Positions 10,555-20,889 of a DNA stretch of 64,000 bases are shown one piece after another (position 1 is the stretch's first letter; each line of letters starts with the position of its first letter). This DNA comes from an uncultured Anaerobiospirillum sp. (GTDB lineage: Bacteria; Pseudomonadota; Gammaproteobacteria; Enterobacterales; Succinivibrionaceae): contig CALXYZ010000001.1 of the NCBI GenBank assembly GCA_944393075.1, forward strand, positions 6,610 through 70,609, written 5' to 3'. The notes under the pieces were generated by a model. The model was not told the DNA's origin, did no database searches, and saw nothing but the letters and a program-made list of their open reading frames with translations. The position numbers and the translations under genes were made by a program.

Positions 10555-11193
10555 TTAAGCTTTAACACTTGGCCTTACGATGAGATCCCCGTTGTTAGCA
10601 CCAGGAACGGCACCCTTAACGAGGAGCAGGTTGCGCTCGGCATCGATACGAACGAGATCTAAGCACATAACAGTGACTTTCTCGCCACCCATGCGGCCAA
10701 CCATCTTCTTGCCCTTGAACACGCGACCTGGGGTCTGGTTTTGACCAGTGGAACCAGGAACACGGTGGGAGCGAGAGTTACCGTGAGTAAAGTCCTGAGT
10801 ACGGAAGTTGTAGCGCTTAACGGTACCAGCGGTGCCCTTACCCTTAGACTGGCCAGTGACATCCACCTTCTTCACGCCTTCTAAAGCGTCAACCTTAAGC
10901 TCAGAGCCGACTTGATAAGCTTCAAGCTCGGAAGGCTCTAAACGGAACTCCCATAAACCGCGACCAGCAGCGACACCGGTCTTAGCAAAATGACCGATTT
11001 CAGCCTTAGTCATGCGGGAAGCCTTACGCTCACCAGTGGTAACTTGGATTGCGCAGTAGCCGTCGTTCTCAAGATTCTTGATCTGAGTGACGCGGTTAGC
11101 TTCAACCTGAATGACGGTGACAGGAATCGACTTACCGTCCTCGTTGAATACGCGGGTCATGCCCAGCTTGCGGCCGATTAAACCGATAGACAT
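10555..11193 (-). CDS. rplC: 50S ribosomal protein L3
   Basis: 212 aa; [28 protein letters not shown] matches L3. Confidence 0.97.
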   Translation of the reverse strand: MSIGLIGRKLGMTRVFNEDGKSIPVTVIQVEANRVTQIKNLENDGYCAIQVTTGERKASRMTKAEIGHFAKTGVAAGRGLWEFRLEPSELEAYQVGSELKVDALEGVKKVDVTGQSKGKGTAGTVKRYNFRTQDFTHGNSRSHRVPGSTGQNQTPGRVFKGKKMVGRMGGEKVTVMCLDLVRIDAERNLLLVKGAVPGANNGDLIVRPSVKA

Positions 11194-11210
11194 TGTAGTA
11201 ATCCCCCTCG

Positions 11211-11564
<354 letters not shown>

Positions 11565-11741
11565 CTATCCCTATTCCCCATAGCCAAAATTGGCAAGAAC
11601 AAAGACAAGAGGACGCTCTACAAACAAGTCTTCCAAGATTAGGAAGAGTATCTCAGCCACAGTCAGATGCTGGAGGGCTGGCCTGTGCTAAAAACATTGT
11701 AAGAACCACATGTTGTGATGTGGCGCACAGAAATTGCGCCT

Positions 11742-11769
11742 ATTATACCCATTAAAAGCGCGAATTCAA
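11742..11769 (-). promoter_or_regulatory. Candidate sigma70 promoter of the S10 operon
   Basis: Minus strand reads TTGAAT-N16-TATAAT (-35 at 11769-11764, -10 at 11747-11742), preceded by an A/T-rich run (AAAAAAATCAAAAAAG). It leaves a roughly 210-nt leader before rpsJ, similar in size to known S10 leaders. Confidence 0.5.
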
Positions 11770-11897
11770 GCTTTTTTGATTTTTTTAGTTATTCAACAAT
11801 TCAAAGCAAACAAAGTGTTATCTTCAAAACATTAACTTGATATCAAAATGTAGATCCCTGTCAGTCGTAGCAAACGGGTCTCCCACAAGGTACTAAC

Positions 11898-12980
11898 ATG
11901 CTTTCCACAAAGCCCCTCATTTCGGTTATTGTGCCAGTTTTCAATACTGGCTCTTACCTAAAAGACTGCATTGAGTCCGTTTTAAATCAGGACTATCCAA
12001 GCATTGAATTAGTCATCATTGACGATGCTAGCAGTGATGCTGAGACCCTTCAAATACTTCAGGAATACGAAGAACGAGAAAATAGTGTTCTTGTACAAGA
12101 ACTTGGGGCATCTAATCAAACTGTACCCGTTGAACAAAGACGCGTTCATGTTACTCATCTAGAGCATAATCAAGGACTCAGCCATGCTCGCAATACTGGA
12201 GTCAGCTATTGCCATGGAGAATACTTTATATTTCTTGACTCTGATGATTTATTAGTACAAGGCGCTATTTCAAAACTTTGGGCGGCTATATCTCAATATC
12301 ACGTGGATCTAGTTATTTGCCAAATAGAGAACTTTAGCGATATGCCAAATGTAGATTTGAACTTTGAAGCTGTTAAAGTCGAATTACCTCCTAATAAGTT
12401 CATCGACTTGGCTGTATTTGCTAGAGAACAAAAGCTCTTCTCATTTCCGATTACAGCTTATGGCAAGCTCATAAACACGCAGAGATATCAAGAAAGTGGT
12501 AACTACTTTGAACAAGGACGTATTTTTGAAGATGCTGACTGGGGCACGCGTTTAGCATTGGGACTCAAGTCAGCAGTATATATTGATGTTATAGGTTGTA
12601 AGAGACGCTTGCGTGCAAACTCTATTACGGCAAACGTTAATGCATCCAATCGTCTTGACATGTTCAAAAGTCAAAGCAGTGTTTGGCGCGCAATCAAAGA
12701 TCATGGCTTTGATCGTCTATATAAAGATGAGTTTGTACTCTCCAGCTTTGGAGGCTTTGAGTACCGCTTTAACCTCATGACAGATAAAAACTTGAAGCAG
12801 CTTACCGTTGCTAAAATGCGCGATTTTTTTGCAGATCTAGACATAAAATTGCCTGCAAAGCCAAACCGTTTATACTGCGCTTTGCACCATGTTCTCTATA
12901 AGATCACAACAAATACTAAGCAGAAGAGCTGGCACAAAATAGCCTACCATTACGCAAGAATGTACTTAAAGTGTCATTAG
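11898..12980 (+). CDS. Glycosyltransferase family 2
   Basis: 360 aa; ISVIVPVFNTGSYLKDCIESVLNQDYPSIELVIIDDASSD and FLDSDD are classic GT2 (GT-A, DxD) motifs. The gene is visibly A+T-rich. Confidence 0.85.
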   Translation: MLSTKPLISVIVPVFNTGSYLKDCIESVLNQDYPSIELVIIDDASSDAETLQILQEYEERENSVLVQELGASNQTVPVEQRRVHVTHLEHNQGLSHARNTGVSYCHGEYFIFLDSDDLLVQGAISKLWAAISQYHVDLVICQIENFSDMPNVDLNFEAVKVELPPNKFIDLAVFAREQKLFSFPITAYGKLINTQRYQESGNYFEQGRIFEDADWGTRLALGLKSAVYIDVIGCKRRLRANSITANVNASNRLDMFKSQSSVWRAIKDHGFDRLYKDEFVLSSFGGFEYRFNLMTDKNLKQLTVAKMRDFFADLDIKLPAKPNRLYCALHHVLYKITTNTKQKSWHKIAYHYARMYLKCH

Positions 12981-13008
12981 TCCGCAATTTATGTGATTAG
13001 GGATTTAC

Positions 13009-13665
13009 TTACTTCTCACATGCTGTCTTGATTGCAGGGATATTGACATCCTTCTGATAAACTGCACTCTCTTTGGAGAAAACGCAGCCACAGTAGAGCT
13101 GGTTATAGAAGTTAAACTCCTTAACCAGCTTATAGCGGCGCGTTACCAGCCCCTCCTTACGCCAGTCCTCACTCCAATAAGTCACGCCAGTGGCCTCTTG
13201 TGCTGCAAATCCGGCAGCATCAACCTGCTTCTTGTTCTTCCAGCGCGAGGTAGCAAGTGTGGTCGTAAAGTGGGTAAAACCATGCTCCTTTGCGTACATA
13301 GCTGTAGCCGTAAGGCGTTCAGTAAAGCACACAGTACAGCGCGCGCCGCGCTCAGGTTCATGCTCTAAACCTTTTACAGCCGCAAACCACTCTTTAGTCT
13401 CGTACTCAGGAATCACGTACTCAAAATCAAGGAGCTGCGCTAACTCAATGAGTTCATCTCGGCGCTTTTCATACTCAGCACGAGGATGAATGTTAGGGTT
13501 GTAGAAGAATAAGGTAGGCTTGATGCCATGAACTTTAAAGCACTCAAGCACAGCACCACAGCATGGAGCACAGCACACCTGCACCAACAGCTTCTCCATG
13601 CCCTCAGGAAGCACTAACTTTGTCTTTGGTGTCTGACCAAAATCATCAGGCAAAACCAAACTCAC
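13009..13665 (-). CDS. queH: Epoxyqueuosine reductase QueH (DUF208)
   Basis: 218 aa; VQVCCAPCCGAVLE, FFYNPNIHP and the C-terminal CGCVFS cysteine cluster are the DUF208/QueH pattern. Confidence 0.8.
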   Translation of the reverse strand: MSLVLPDDFGQTPKTKLVLPEGMEKLLVQVCCAPCCGAVLECFKVHGIKPTLFFYNPNIHPRAEYEKRRDELIELAQLLDFEYVIPEYETKEWFAAVKGLEHEPERGARCTVCFTERLTATAMYAKEHGFTHFTTTLATSRWKNKKQVDAAGFAAQEATGVTYWSEDWRKEGLVTRRYKLVKEFNFYNQLYCGCVFSKESAVYQKDVNIPAIKTACEK

Positions 13666-13678
13666 TGCCAGAGTCCTC

Positions 13679-15772
13679 CTACTTTACTGCCACATCAGAG
13701 TCAGCATTGGAAGCATCAGCAGCTGTCACTGCAGCAGCCTCAGCCTCTTCCTTAGGCTTAAACTGAGAGTTGTAGAGCGTAGCATAGGCACCGTTTTGTG
13801 CTAACAACTCTTCGTGATTACCCTTTTCTACAATGTAGCCATCGTTGACCACCATGATGACATCGGCATCGCGAATGGTAGAGAGACGGTGGGCAATAAC
13901 CAATGTGGTACGGCCTTTCATCAGCTCATCTAGGGCTTTTTGCACCACCTTTTCAGAGCGATTATCAAGAGCCGAGGTAGCCTCATCTAGGATCACAAGA
14001 GGAGCATTGCGAATAATGGCACGGGCAATTGCTAGACGTTGCTTCTGGCCACCTGACAGAACCACGCCACGCTCTCCAATCTCGGTATCCAAGCCATTAG
14101 GCATACTAGCGACAAACTCATCTAAGTAGGCACTCTTTAAGGCCATCTTAATTTCGTCTTCAGTTGCATCAGCCTTGCCCAGCAGAATGTTCTGCCTAAT
14201 AGTGCCAGCAAAGAGGAAGTTATCTTGGAAGACATAAGCAACCTGATGGCGTAGTGACTCTAGGGTATAGTCACGGATATCAACACCATCTATTAAGATC
14301 TGTCCAGACTTGATCTCATAGAGGCGAGTAATCAGTGAGCAAACGGTGGTTTTACCACCACCAGAATTACCGACTAAGGCTACTTTCTGACCAACATTGA
14401 CCTTAAAGGAAACATCCTTGAGCACATCATGACTGCCATCATAGGTGAAAGCTACATGTTTGAACTCAATGTCCTTCTTGATACCTTCAAGCACCTTATC
14501 GCCTTCGTTCTTACCGCTCTCAAAAGACTCGTAGTCAAGCAAGTCGTAAATGCGATCTAAGGCTAGCAGTGCAGACTGAACCTGAATGTAGTTGTTACCA
14601 ATGCTCTTGAGTGGGGTGTAGAGCATGATTAAGGCAGCCAAGAATGACACAAACTCACCAGAAGTTAGAGAGCCATTCACAATCAGAGTCACACCAAAAT
14701 ACAAGACACCAGCTACACCTAAGGAGCTAACGAAGTGCATCACTGGCGAGAGCCAGTTAGTATCACGCACCATCTTCACTCCCATCTTGAATAGGTAATC
14801 AGCTTGCTGATAAAAGCGCTGATACATGTACTGCTTGAGATTAAAGCTCTTAATAACTTTTGAGCCCAAGGTCGTCTCGTTATAAAGCGTGATCATGCCT
14901 GTAGAGGCTGTGACGGTGTGATTGACGATTCGTTTTACTCGACGACGCACAATGCGCATTGGGACGATCAAGAAGCACACAACACCAACGGCAACAATGG
15001 TGAGCTCCCAAGAGTTGTAGATCAACACACAAAGCAGAGACACCGAAGAGAAGAACTTGGTCAAAAAGAGTCTGATGTTTTGGATCAGACCAGAAGATGC
15101 ACTCTCGGAATCATTGAAAAAGCGCAAAATCACAGAGCCAGAGTTGTTGGCATCATAAAAACGGCTATCAAACGAGAGCAGCTTCTCGTAGAGCTTGGCG
15201 CGCATCAATAGATTGACGGCACCGCCCACATAGCCATTAACCAATGATGAGAAATAGATAAAAATACCTTGAATCAAGGTAAAGCCTATGATGACCAAAG
15301 GCACATAGTCAGCAAACTGTTTCTCTTGCTCCACCATCACTTGATCAGTAAATGGCTTTAAGAACAAAGCAATCACAGCATCTAAAGCGCCTACTGGCAC
15401 CGTAAGAATAATGCCTAGCACAGCCAACATCCAATATGGCTTTAAGAACGGCCAAAAGCGCTTATACCCTCGCCAGAATGAGGTAGAATCCTGTTGTGAC
15501 AGATCGCTTAAGATAATTGGATGGTAGAGCTTTTGCGCCTCAGCAGCTTTGGCGCTTTCCTCAGCTTCTGCTGCCGCACTCACGGTATCAGTCTTGTTGT
15601 CATAATCTGACTTAGCTTTGGCCTCTTTTGAAGCACCGCTAGACTCAGACTGATCATGCTGAACAAGATGCTCAGTATCAGATTGCTCAATGGCGCCCTT
15701 CACCTCTGCAACTTCAGGCTGTTTAGCAGTATTTTGATCTTGATTTGGTGGGGTCGTCTTAGGATCGTCCAT
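13679..15772 (-). CDS. msbA: ABC exporter (fused permease and ATPase), MsbA-like lipid A flippase, with low-complexity N-terminal extension
   Basis: ORF is open to 15826; first ATG with plausible context is at 15772 (MDDPKTTPPNQ). Six-TM exporter domain, then Walker A GNSGGGKTT, signature LSGGQKQRLAIARA and Walker B LVILDEATSALD. RDYTLESLRHQVAYVFQ resembles MsbA. About 105 aa of Q/E/S/A/K-rich sequence precede the first TM helix. Confidence 0.6.
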   Translation of the reverse strand: MDDPKTTPPNQDQNTAKQPEVAEVKGAIEQSDTEHLVQHDQSESSGASKEAKAKSDYDNKTDTVSAAAEAEESAKAAEAQKLYHPIILSDLSQQDSTSFWRGYKRFWPFLKPYWMLAVLGIILTVPVGALDAVIALFLKPFTDQVMVEQEKQFADYVPLVIIGFTLIQGIFIYFSSLVNGYVGGAVNLLMRAKLYEKLLSFDSRFYDANNSGSVILRFFNDSESASSGLIQNIRLFLTKFFSSVSLLCVLIYNSWELTIVAVGVVCFLIVPMRIVRRRVKRIVNHTVTASTGMITLYNETTLGSKVIKSFNLKQYMYQRFYQQADYLFKMGVKMVRDTNWLSPVMHFVSSLGVAGVLYFGVTLIVNGSLTSGEFVSFLAALIMLYTPLKSIGNNYIQVQSALLALDRIYDLLDYESFESGKNEGDKVLEGIKKDIEFKHVAFTYDGSHDVLKDVSFKVNVGQKVALVGNSGGGKTTVCSLITRLYEIKSGQILIDGVDIRDYTLESLRHQVAYVFQDNFLFAGTIRQNILLGKADATEDEIKMALKSAYLDEFVASMPNGLDTEIGERGVVLSGGQKQRLAIARAIIRNAPLVILDEATSALDNRSEKVVQKALDELMKGRTTLVIAHRLSTIRDADVIMVVNDGYIVEKGNHEELLAQNGAYATLYNSQFKPKEEAEAAAVTAADASNADSDVAVK

Positions 15773-16083
15773 CGCGGGAACTCCATAGAAAGCAGAAAAA
15801 ACCTCTATGCGCGGTTTTAAATGCACAAAAAACCGTCATGCGGCCTTCACAGGGCCATGGGCTCTAAATAGGGAACTTTCATCCCCTCTATGACTCTCAT
15901 CTTAAGAGTGCATAAAACACCCTCACAAGGGCGAAAAAAGCAAAGAGCCTGAACTGCACTATTTCCTTATACACACAAGGAGTTGATAAAAGCAGCTCTA
16001 GGCTCTATTTTAAGGCATTGTGCTACCTCGGCTACACTGCAACCATGTATCGGTTGCAATTTCCAAAGCCCAATGCTCAAGGT

Positions 16084-16124
16084 CTAAGTCCTAAGTCCTA
16101 AGACCAAGACCAAGACCAAGACCA
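16084..16124. repeat. Compound short tandem repeat (CTAAGTC x2.7 then AGACCA/ACCAAG x3.5)
   Basis: Read directly: ctaagtcctaagtcctaagaccaagaccaagaccaagacca, just downstream of the ddl stop. Confidence 0.9.
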
Positions 16125-16131
16125 TTTTTGA

Positions 16132-17154
16132 TTAACGCTCTTGTTTTGCAGCAATTGCGTTCTCGATGCAATCACTAAAGAACTCAGACATTGGCAGACC
16201 GGCGTGCTCAACCAACTTAGGGAACATCGAAATAGGAGTCATGCCAGGGAAGGTGTTGATCTCGTTTAAGTACACCACACCATCATCGCCTAAGAAGAAA
16301 TCGATACGCGACAGGTGACGCAGACCTAAGCCTTTAAAGGCGCGGCGAGCCATGCTCTTGATAATGTCTTTTTGGACAGGGTTTAAGTCCTTAACCTCAA
16401 CAGTGGTAGTGGACTTACTATCAGAGCTGTACTTCTCATCAAAGGTGTAGAAGAGATCTTGAGGGATCACGATCTCACCAGGATCGGTGATGTGAAGCTC
16501 ACCCTTGTACTCATAGGCAGCCACTTCAAGCTCACGGTGCACAATAGTCTTTTCAATCAATACCAATGAGCTGTAGCCTAAGGCCTCACGCAAGGTTGCG
16601 TCTAACTTAGACTCATCAGTGACATGGTAGCAGCCAATAGAAGAACCTTGGCTGGCAGCTTTGATATAAACATCACCATGGAAGGCAATAAAAGCGTCAT
16701 GCATACGCTTTAACGAGGCTTCACTATCATCAGCGACAAAGATGTAAGGGGTATTCTCGATGTTTAAAGCGCTTAAGTAGAGCTTGGTAGTAACCTTGTT
16801 GAAGCAATTGATGCTAGCTTCCTTTTCACAACCGATAAATGGCACGTTGTTTAAGGCCAACATAGCTTGGAAATCACCAGTTTCACCAGGGAAACCGTGT
16901 AAGCAAGGTACCACGCAATCAATTGCCACCGTGCTCTTGCTGCCATTAGCAGCTTCAATCTCAAAATTGTTGCCGGAGCTAAAGAAGCCCTTTGCACCAT
17001 CCTTAAACGTAAAAACGCGATCATGGAGTACGCAGCTTAATACGTGATGCTCTGGATTCTTTTCTAACTGTTCTTGCACATAGCCAGCAGAAATCAGGGA
17101 AATATCGTGCTCAGTGCTATCACCACCGGCAACCAATAAAATGTTCTTTGCCAT
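16132..17154 (-). CDS. ddl: D-alanine--D-alanine ligase
   Basis: ORF is open to 17199. The ATG at 17154 gives MAKNILLVAGGDSTEHDISLISAGYV, the Ddl N-terminus. ATP-grasp motifs follow (GSSIG..., C-terminal LNEINTFPGMT). Confidence 0.9.
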   Translation of the reverse strand: MAKNILLVAGGDSTEHDISLISAGYVQEQLEKNPEHHVLSCVLHDRVFTFKDGAKGFFSSGNNFEIEAANGSKSTVAIDCVVPCLHGFPGETGDFQAMLALNNVPFIGCEKEASINCFNKVTTKLYLSALNIENTPYIFVADDSEASLKRMHDAFIAFHGDVYIKAASQGSSIGCYHVTDESKLDATLREALGYSSLVLIEKTIVHRELEVAAYEYKGELHITDPGEIVIPQDLFYTFDEKYSSDSKSTTTVEVKDLNPVQKDIIKSMARRAFKGLGLRHLSRIDFFLGDDGVVYLNEINTFPGMTPISMFPKLVEHAGLPMSEFFSDCIENAIAAKQER

Positions 17155-17205
17155 ATGAGTTTTCAGGAGCGCTGCTCCCAACCCAAGATCCAAGATCAAA
17201 GATAA

Positions 17206-17231
17206 GCTCAGCGCCTAAGTGGCGCTTGAGC
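17206..17231 (-). terminator. Terminator-like hairpin between cysS and ddl
   Basis: GCTCAGCGCC-TAAGT-GGCGCTTGAGC (one bulge). On the minus strand it is followed by TTATCTTTG. Confidence 0.35.
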
Positions 17232-17315
17232 ATTAAAGTAGATATGTGCAAGCCATGTCTAAGACACAACTTGCAAGTAATAGCCAAATAACGGCACTAA
17301 CAGACGGAAAGTCTA

Positions 17316-18734
17316 CTAAGCACGACGCCAAGTAGTACCTTGAGGGCCATCCTCAAGGATAATACCCATTGCCTTGAGCTGATCACGAGCAGCATCGGCA
17401 GCAGCAAAATCCTTACGAGCACGAGCGTCCTTGCGAGCAGCAATTAAAGCCTCAATTTGAGCCACTTCATCATCCGCACTACCAGCACCATCGGCAGAAG
17501 CATTAGCAGCACTATCACCAGCACCTTGCAGGAACTTAGCTGGATCTTGGTAGAGCAGACCTAACACATCGGCAAGCTCGTGCAGGCGGCCAGCTAAAGC
17601 CTCAGCCTTAGCATCGTCTTTGCCCTTGCAGGAGTTGATAGCCTTAGCCAGATCAAACAAGACTGAAATAGCACCTGGAGTGTTGAAATCGTCATCCATA
17701 TAGGCCTTAAAGCGGGTGACATACTCCTCACTATCAGCAGTTGCAGTACCAACCTTCACATCGCGTAAGGCGGTGTAGAGGCGCTGCATGGAGGCTTTAG
17801 CCTTGTCTAAGTTGTCTTGGGTATAGTTGAGAGGGCTACGGTATTGAGCCGACAGCAAGAAGAAGCGAATGACCTCAGCATCGTAGTGCTCTAACACCTC
17901 ACGGATGGTGAAGAAGTTGTTGAGCGACTTCGACATCTTCTCATGATCAATCATGACCATGCCCGAGTGCATCCAGTAGTTGACGTACTGGCTATCAAAA
18001 GCGCAACAGCTTTGAGCAATCTCATTCTCATGGTGAGGGAAAATCAGGTCAGAACCACCACCATGAATATCGAAAGTAGTACCCAAGTACTTGCTGTTCA
18101 TCGCAGAACATTCGATATGCCAACCAGGTCGACCTGCACCCCAAGGGGAGTCCCATGCAGGCTCGCCCTCTTTTGACATCTTCCACAGCACGAAGTCAAA
18201 AGGATTGCGCTTAGACTTCTCAACCTCGATACGGGCACCGGCATTGAGTTCATCAAGCTTTTGGCCAGACAAGCGACCATAACGGGTAAAGCTATCGATC
18301 GCGAACATGACATCACCGTTGGCAGCTACGTAAGCATGGCCTTTGTCGATGAGGCGCTTGGTGATATCGATAATGGCCTCGATATTGTCAGTAGCGCGAG
18401 GCTCTAGATCAGGACGCTTGATGTTGAGCTTGTCAAAATCAACATACATCTCAGCAATAAAATGCTCAGCTAGCTCCTTTGCACTGACGCCTTTCTCATT
18501 GGCACGCTTGATGATTTTGTCATCGATATCAGTGATGTTGCGCACGTACTTAACGTTAAAGCCACTGTAGCGCAGGTAACGCACAATCATGTCGAAGTTC
18601 ACAAAAGTGCGAGCGTGACCAATGTGGCACAAGTCATACACCGTTACGCCACAGACGTACATACCAATTTCGCCTGGAGTGATTGGTACAAAGTCCTCTT
18701 TTTGTCGCGTAATGGTATTGTGAATCTGGAGCAT
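17316..18734 (-). CDS. cysS: Cysteine--tRNA ligase
   Basis: ORF is open to 18791. The ATG at 18734 gives [44 protein letters not shown] (HIGH motif); KMSKS present. Confidence 0.95.
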   Translation of the reverse strand: MLQIHNTITRQKEDFVPITPGEIGMYVCGVTVYDLCHIGHARTFVNFDMIVRYLRYSGFNVKYVRNITDIDDKIIKRANEKGVSAKELAEHFIAEMYVDFDKLNIKRPDLEPRATDNIEAIIDITKRLIDKGHAYVAANGDVMFAIDSFTRYGRLSGQKLDELNAGARIEVEKSKRNPFDFVLWKMSKEGEPAWDSPWGAGRPGWHIECSAMNSKYLGTTFDIHGGGSDLIFPHHENEIAQSCCAFDSQYVNYWMHSGMVMIDHEKMSKSLNNFFTIREVLEHYDAEVIRFFLLSAQYRSPLNYTQDNLDKAKASMQRLYTALRDVKVGTATADSEEYVTRFKAYMDDDFNTPGAISVLFDLAKAINSCKGKDDAKAEALAGRLHELADVLGLLYQDPAKFLQGAGDSAANASADGAGSADDEVAQIEALIAARKDARARKDFAAADAARDQLKAMGIILEDGPQGTTWRRA

Positions 18735-18825
18735 TTTTCTCCTGAATCCTCTTCGTGTGATAAAGTGTGTGCTGAAAACAGCTGGAATCAAGCTTCCATT
18801 TTATCAAGCAAGGTCAAATTCAAAA

Positions 18826-19335
18826 ATGGTTATTATCAAGACTAACAAGGGTAACATCGTCATTGAGCTCGAAATGGAGAAGGCTCCAATCACCTGCGAG
18901 AACTTCTTAAAGTACGTGCGCAGTGGCCACTACAACGGTACTATCTTCCACCGTGTTATCCCTGGCTTCATGATCCAAGGTGGTGGTCTTACCCCTGAGA
19001 TGCAACCAAAGGAGACCTTAGATCCTATCAAGAACGAGGCTGACAACGGCTTGACCAACGTTGCTTATACCGTTGCCATGGCTCGTACCAATGACCCACA
19101 CTCTGCTACCTGCCAGTTCTTCATCAACACTGTTGATAACGACTTCCTGAACTACAACAAGCGTAACCATGAGTGGGGTTACTGCGTCTTCGGCAAAGTG
19201 GTACAAGGCCAAGACGTGGTGCAAAAGATCTCCGATGTGAAGACTGATAACAAGACTTTCTACCCACATCGCGATGTTCCTGTTGAGCCAGTTATCATCG
19301 AGAGCTGCGAAGAGATCGACTCCCTGCCAGAATAA
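18826..19335 (+). CDS. ppiB: Peptidyl-prolyl cis-trans isomerase B (cyclophilin type)
   Basis: ORF opens at 18757. The ATG at 18826 gives [31 protein letters not shown]...[14 protein letters not shown], cytoplasmic cyclophilin. Divergent from cysS and followed by lpxH, as in E. coli. Confidence 0.93.
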   Translation: MVIIKTNKGNIVIELEMEKAPITCENFLKYVRSGHYNGTIFHRVIPGFMIQGGGLTPEMQPKETLDPIKNEADNGLTNVAYTVAMARTNDPHSATCQFFINTVDNDFLNYNKRNHEWGYCVFGKVVQGQDVVQKISDVKTDNKTFYPHRDVPVEPVIIESCEEIDSLPE

Positions 19336-19418
19336 CTGAGCGACATCAGCTCGTTTCCTTTCTTGCTTGAATGCGGCTTAGCCCAGCCTGAGCCGCATTA
19401 GGCATAGACATACAAGTA

Positions 19419-19469
19419 GGGTCTGCCTCTGAGCACTGCTCAGTACTTAGAGGCAGGCCTTATTTTTTT
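19419..19469 (+). terminator. Rho-independent terminator after ppiB
   Basis: GGTCTGCCTCT...AGAGGCAGGCC (11-bp stem, one mismatch) followed by TTATTTTTTT. Confidence 0.6.
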
Positions 19470-19486
19470 AGATCCGGCGCGACCAT

Positions 19487-20299
19487 ATGGCCCTATACGT
19501 CATTGCAGACTTGCATCTTCAAGAACAAAGCCCAGAGTTATTGCAAGCTTTCCATAACTTTGTCTCTTGCCTCAACAACGACGATGAACTCTACATCATT
19601 GGCGATCTTTTCAATGTCTATGTGGGTTTAGATCCTGAAGATAAAGCCCAAGATCTAGTTCGGACTACACTCAATAAGGCTAGTTCACGTGGAGTGCAAT
19701 GCTTCTTCATCCACGGCAATCGCGATTTTCTGGTGAATACCAAGGAAGCGCAATACTTTGGCTTACAGCTGTTGCCAGACGTTACTTATATCAGCGCAGG
19801 TCATCATATAGGGCTTCTTTTAACCCACGGCGATCTCTTGTGCACAAACGATCAGGCTTACCAAGCTTATAGACGCAAGGTCAGTAACCGCTTACTGCAA
19901 TGGCTCTTTCGTCGACTGCCTCTTAAGAAGCGGAGACAGATCGGGCACAATATCCGCGCCCAAAGTAAGGATGCAGAGAGCCGCTACCGCGATCCAGCTA
20001 TTTATGGCATTGCACGTGAGGCTCTAGAGCGTTACTGCAAAGACTATCAAGACCAAGGAAAGCCAATATCTTTTATTGTTCATGGCCACATCCACGAATT
20101 TAGCTCCTTCCACAATGAAGTAACCGGCCTTACAACGCGCTTTGTTCTTGGGGCATGGGGTAGTCATTACAGCTACTTTAAGCTTGATCGTGGAAGTGGT
20201 GTTTGTGCGCTCAAAGAAGAGCCAATTGAGGCTTTACTTAGCGAGCTGTCTTCGGTGCAGGATGGAGCTCAGCACTTCAGCGCAACCCAATCGACTTAA
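19487..20299 (+). CDS. lpxH: UDP-2,3-diacylglucosamine diphosphatase
   Basis: 270 aa; LYVIADLHL, LYIIGDLF, FIHGNRDFL, THGDLLCT and HGHIH are the LpxH calcineurin-like motifs. Confidence 0.9.
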   Translation: MALYVIADLHLQEQSPELLQAFHNFVSCLNNDDELYIIGDLFNVYVGLDPEDKAQDLVRTTLNKASSRGVQCFFIHGNRDFLVNTKEAQYFGLQLLPDVTYISAGHHIGLLLTHGDLLCTNDQAYQAYRRKVSNRLLQWLFRRLPLKKRRQIGHNIRAQSKDAESRYRDPAIYGIAREALERYCKDYQDQGKPISFIVHGHIHEFSSFHNEVTGLTTRFVLGAWGSHYSYFKLDRGSGVCALKEEPIEALLSELSSVQDGAQHFSATQST

Positions 20300-20428
20300 G
20301 AAACAGCTCAAATATCGTTTCACAGCACAGAAATGCTGCGCAAATTTGTCAAAACTTGATGCCGATTAAAAGGGGAGTGACGTCGTGTGCTAAGATAGCC
20401 ACTAGCATATTTTCTGAGGAGTAGATTT

Positions 20429-20758
20429 ATGAGCGACAAGATTGTACATCTGACCGATGATACTTTTGAGTCTGAGGTTTTACAGTCTGATAAGCCTGTC
20501 TTATTAGACTTCTGGGCTCCATGGTGCGGTCCTTGCCGTATGGTTGGCCCAATCTTAGACGAATTCGCTAATGAACAAGATGACATCAAGGTTTGCAAGA
20601 TCGACATCGATAAGCACCAAGAAGCCGCTACCAAGTGGCAAGTGGTAAGCATTCCAACTCTGCTCGTGTTCAACGAGGGTGAAATGGTTGGCAAGCACAT
20701 CGGTGCTATCTCCAAGGCTGACCTTGAGGCTTTCATCAAAGCTTCCTTAGGCCTGTAA
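20429..20758 (+). CDS. trxA: Thioredoxin
   Basis: 109 aa; VLLDFWAPWCGPCRMVGPILDE with the WCGPC active site. Confidence 0.96.
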   Translation: MSDKIVHLTDDTFESEVLQSDKPVLLDFWAPWCGPCRMVGPILDEFANEQDDIKVCKIDIDKHQEAATKWQVVSIPTLLVFNEGEMVGKHIGAISKADLEAFIKASLGL

Positions 20759-20811
20759 TGACAAAGCTTAGCAAGTCATTGCACCAACATCATTGCAGCA
20801 ATATTTTGTAT

Positions 20812-20843
20812 GCTGTACCAAAAGAAGAGCGCCATTAGGCGCT
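20812..20843. terminator. Bidirectional rho-independent terminator between trxA and pyrE
   Basis: Perfect 12-bp stem AAGAAGAGCGCC-ATTA-GGCGCTCTTCTT, flanked by AAA on the left and GTTT on the right. Confidence 0.75.
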
Positions 20844-20889
20844 CTTCTTGTTTGGGTCGGATAGCCAAGATCAAAAGGCTAATAACCCC

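Noticed and set aside
20320-20739. 139-aa ORF antisense to trxA.
   Set aside because: It fully overlaps the well-supported thioredoxin gene and has a Ser/Leu/Cys-rich out-of-frame composition.
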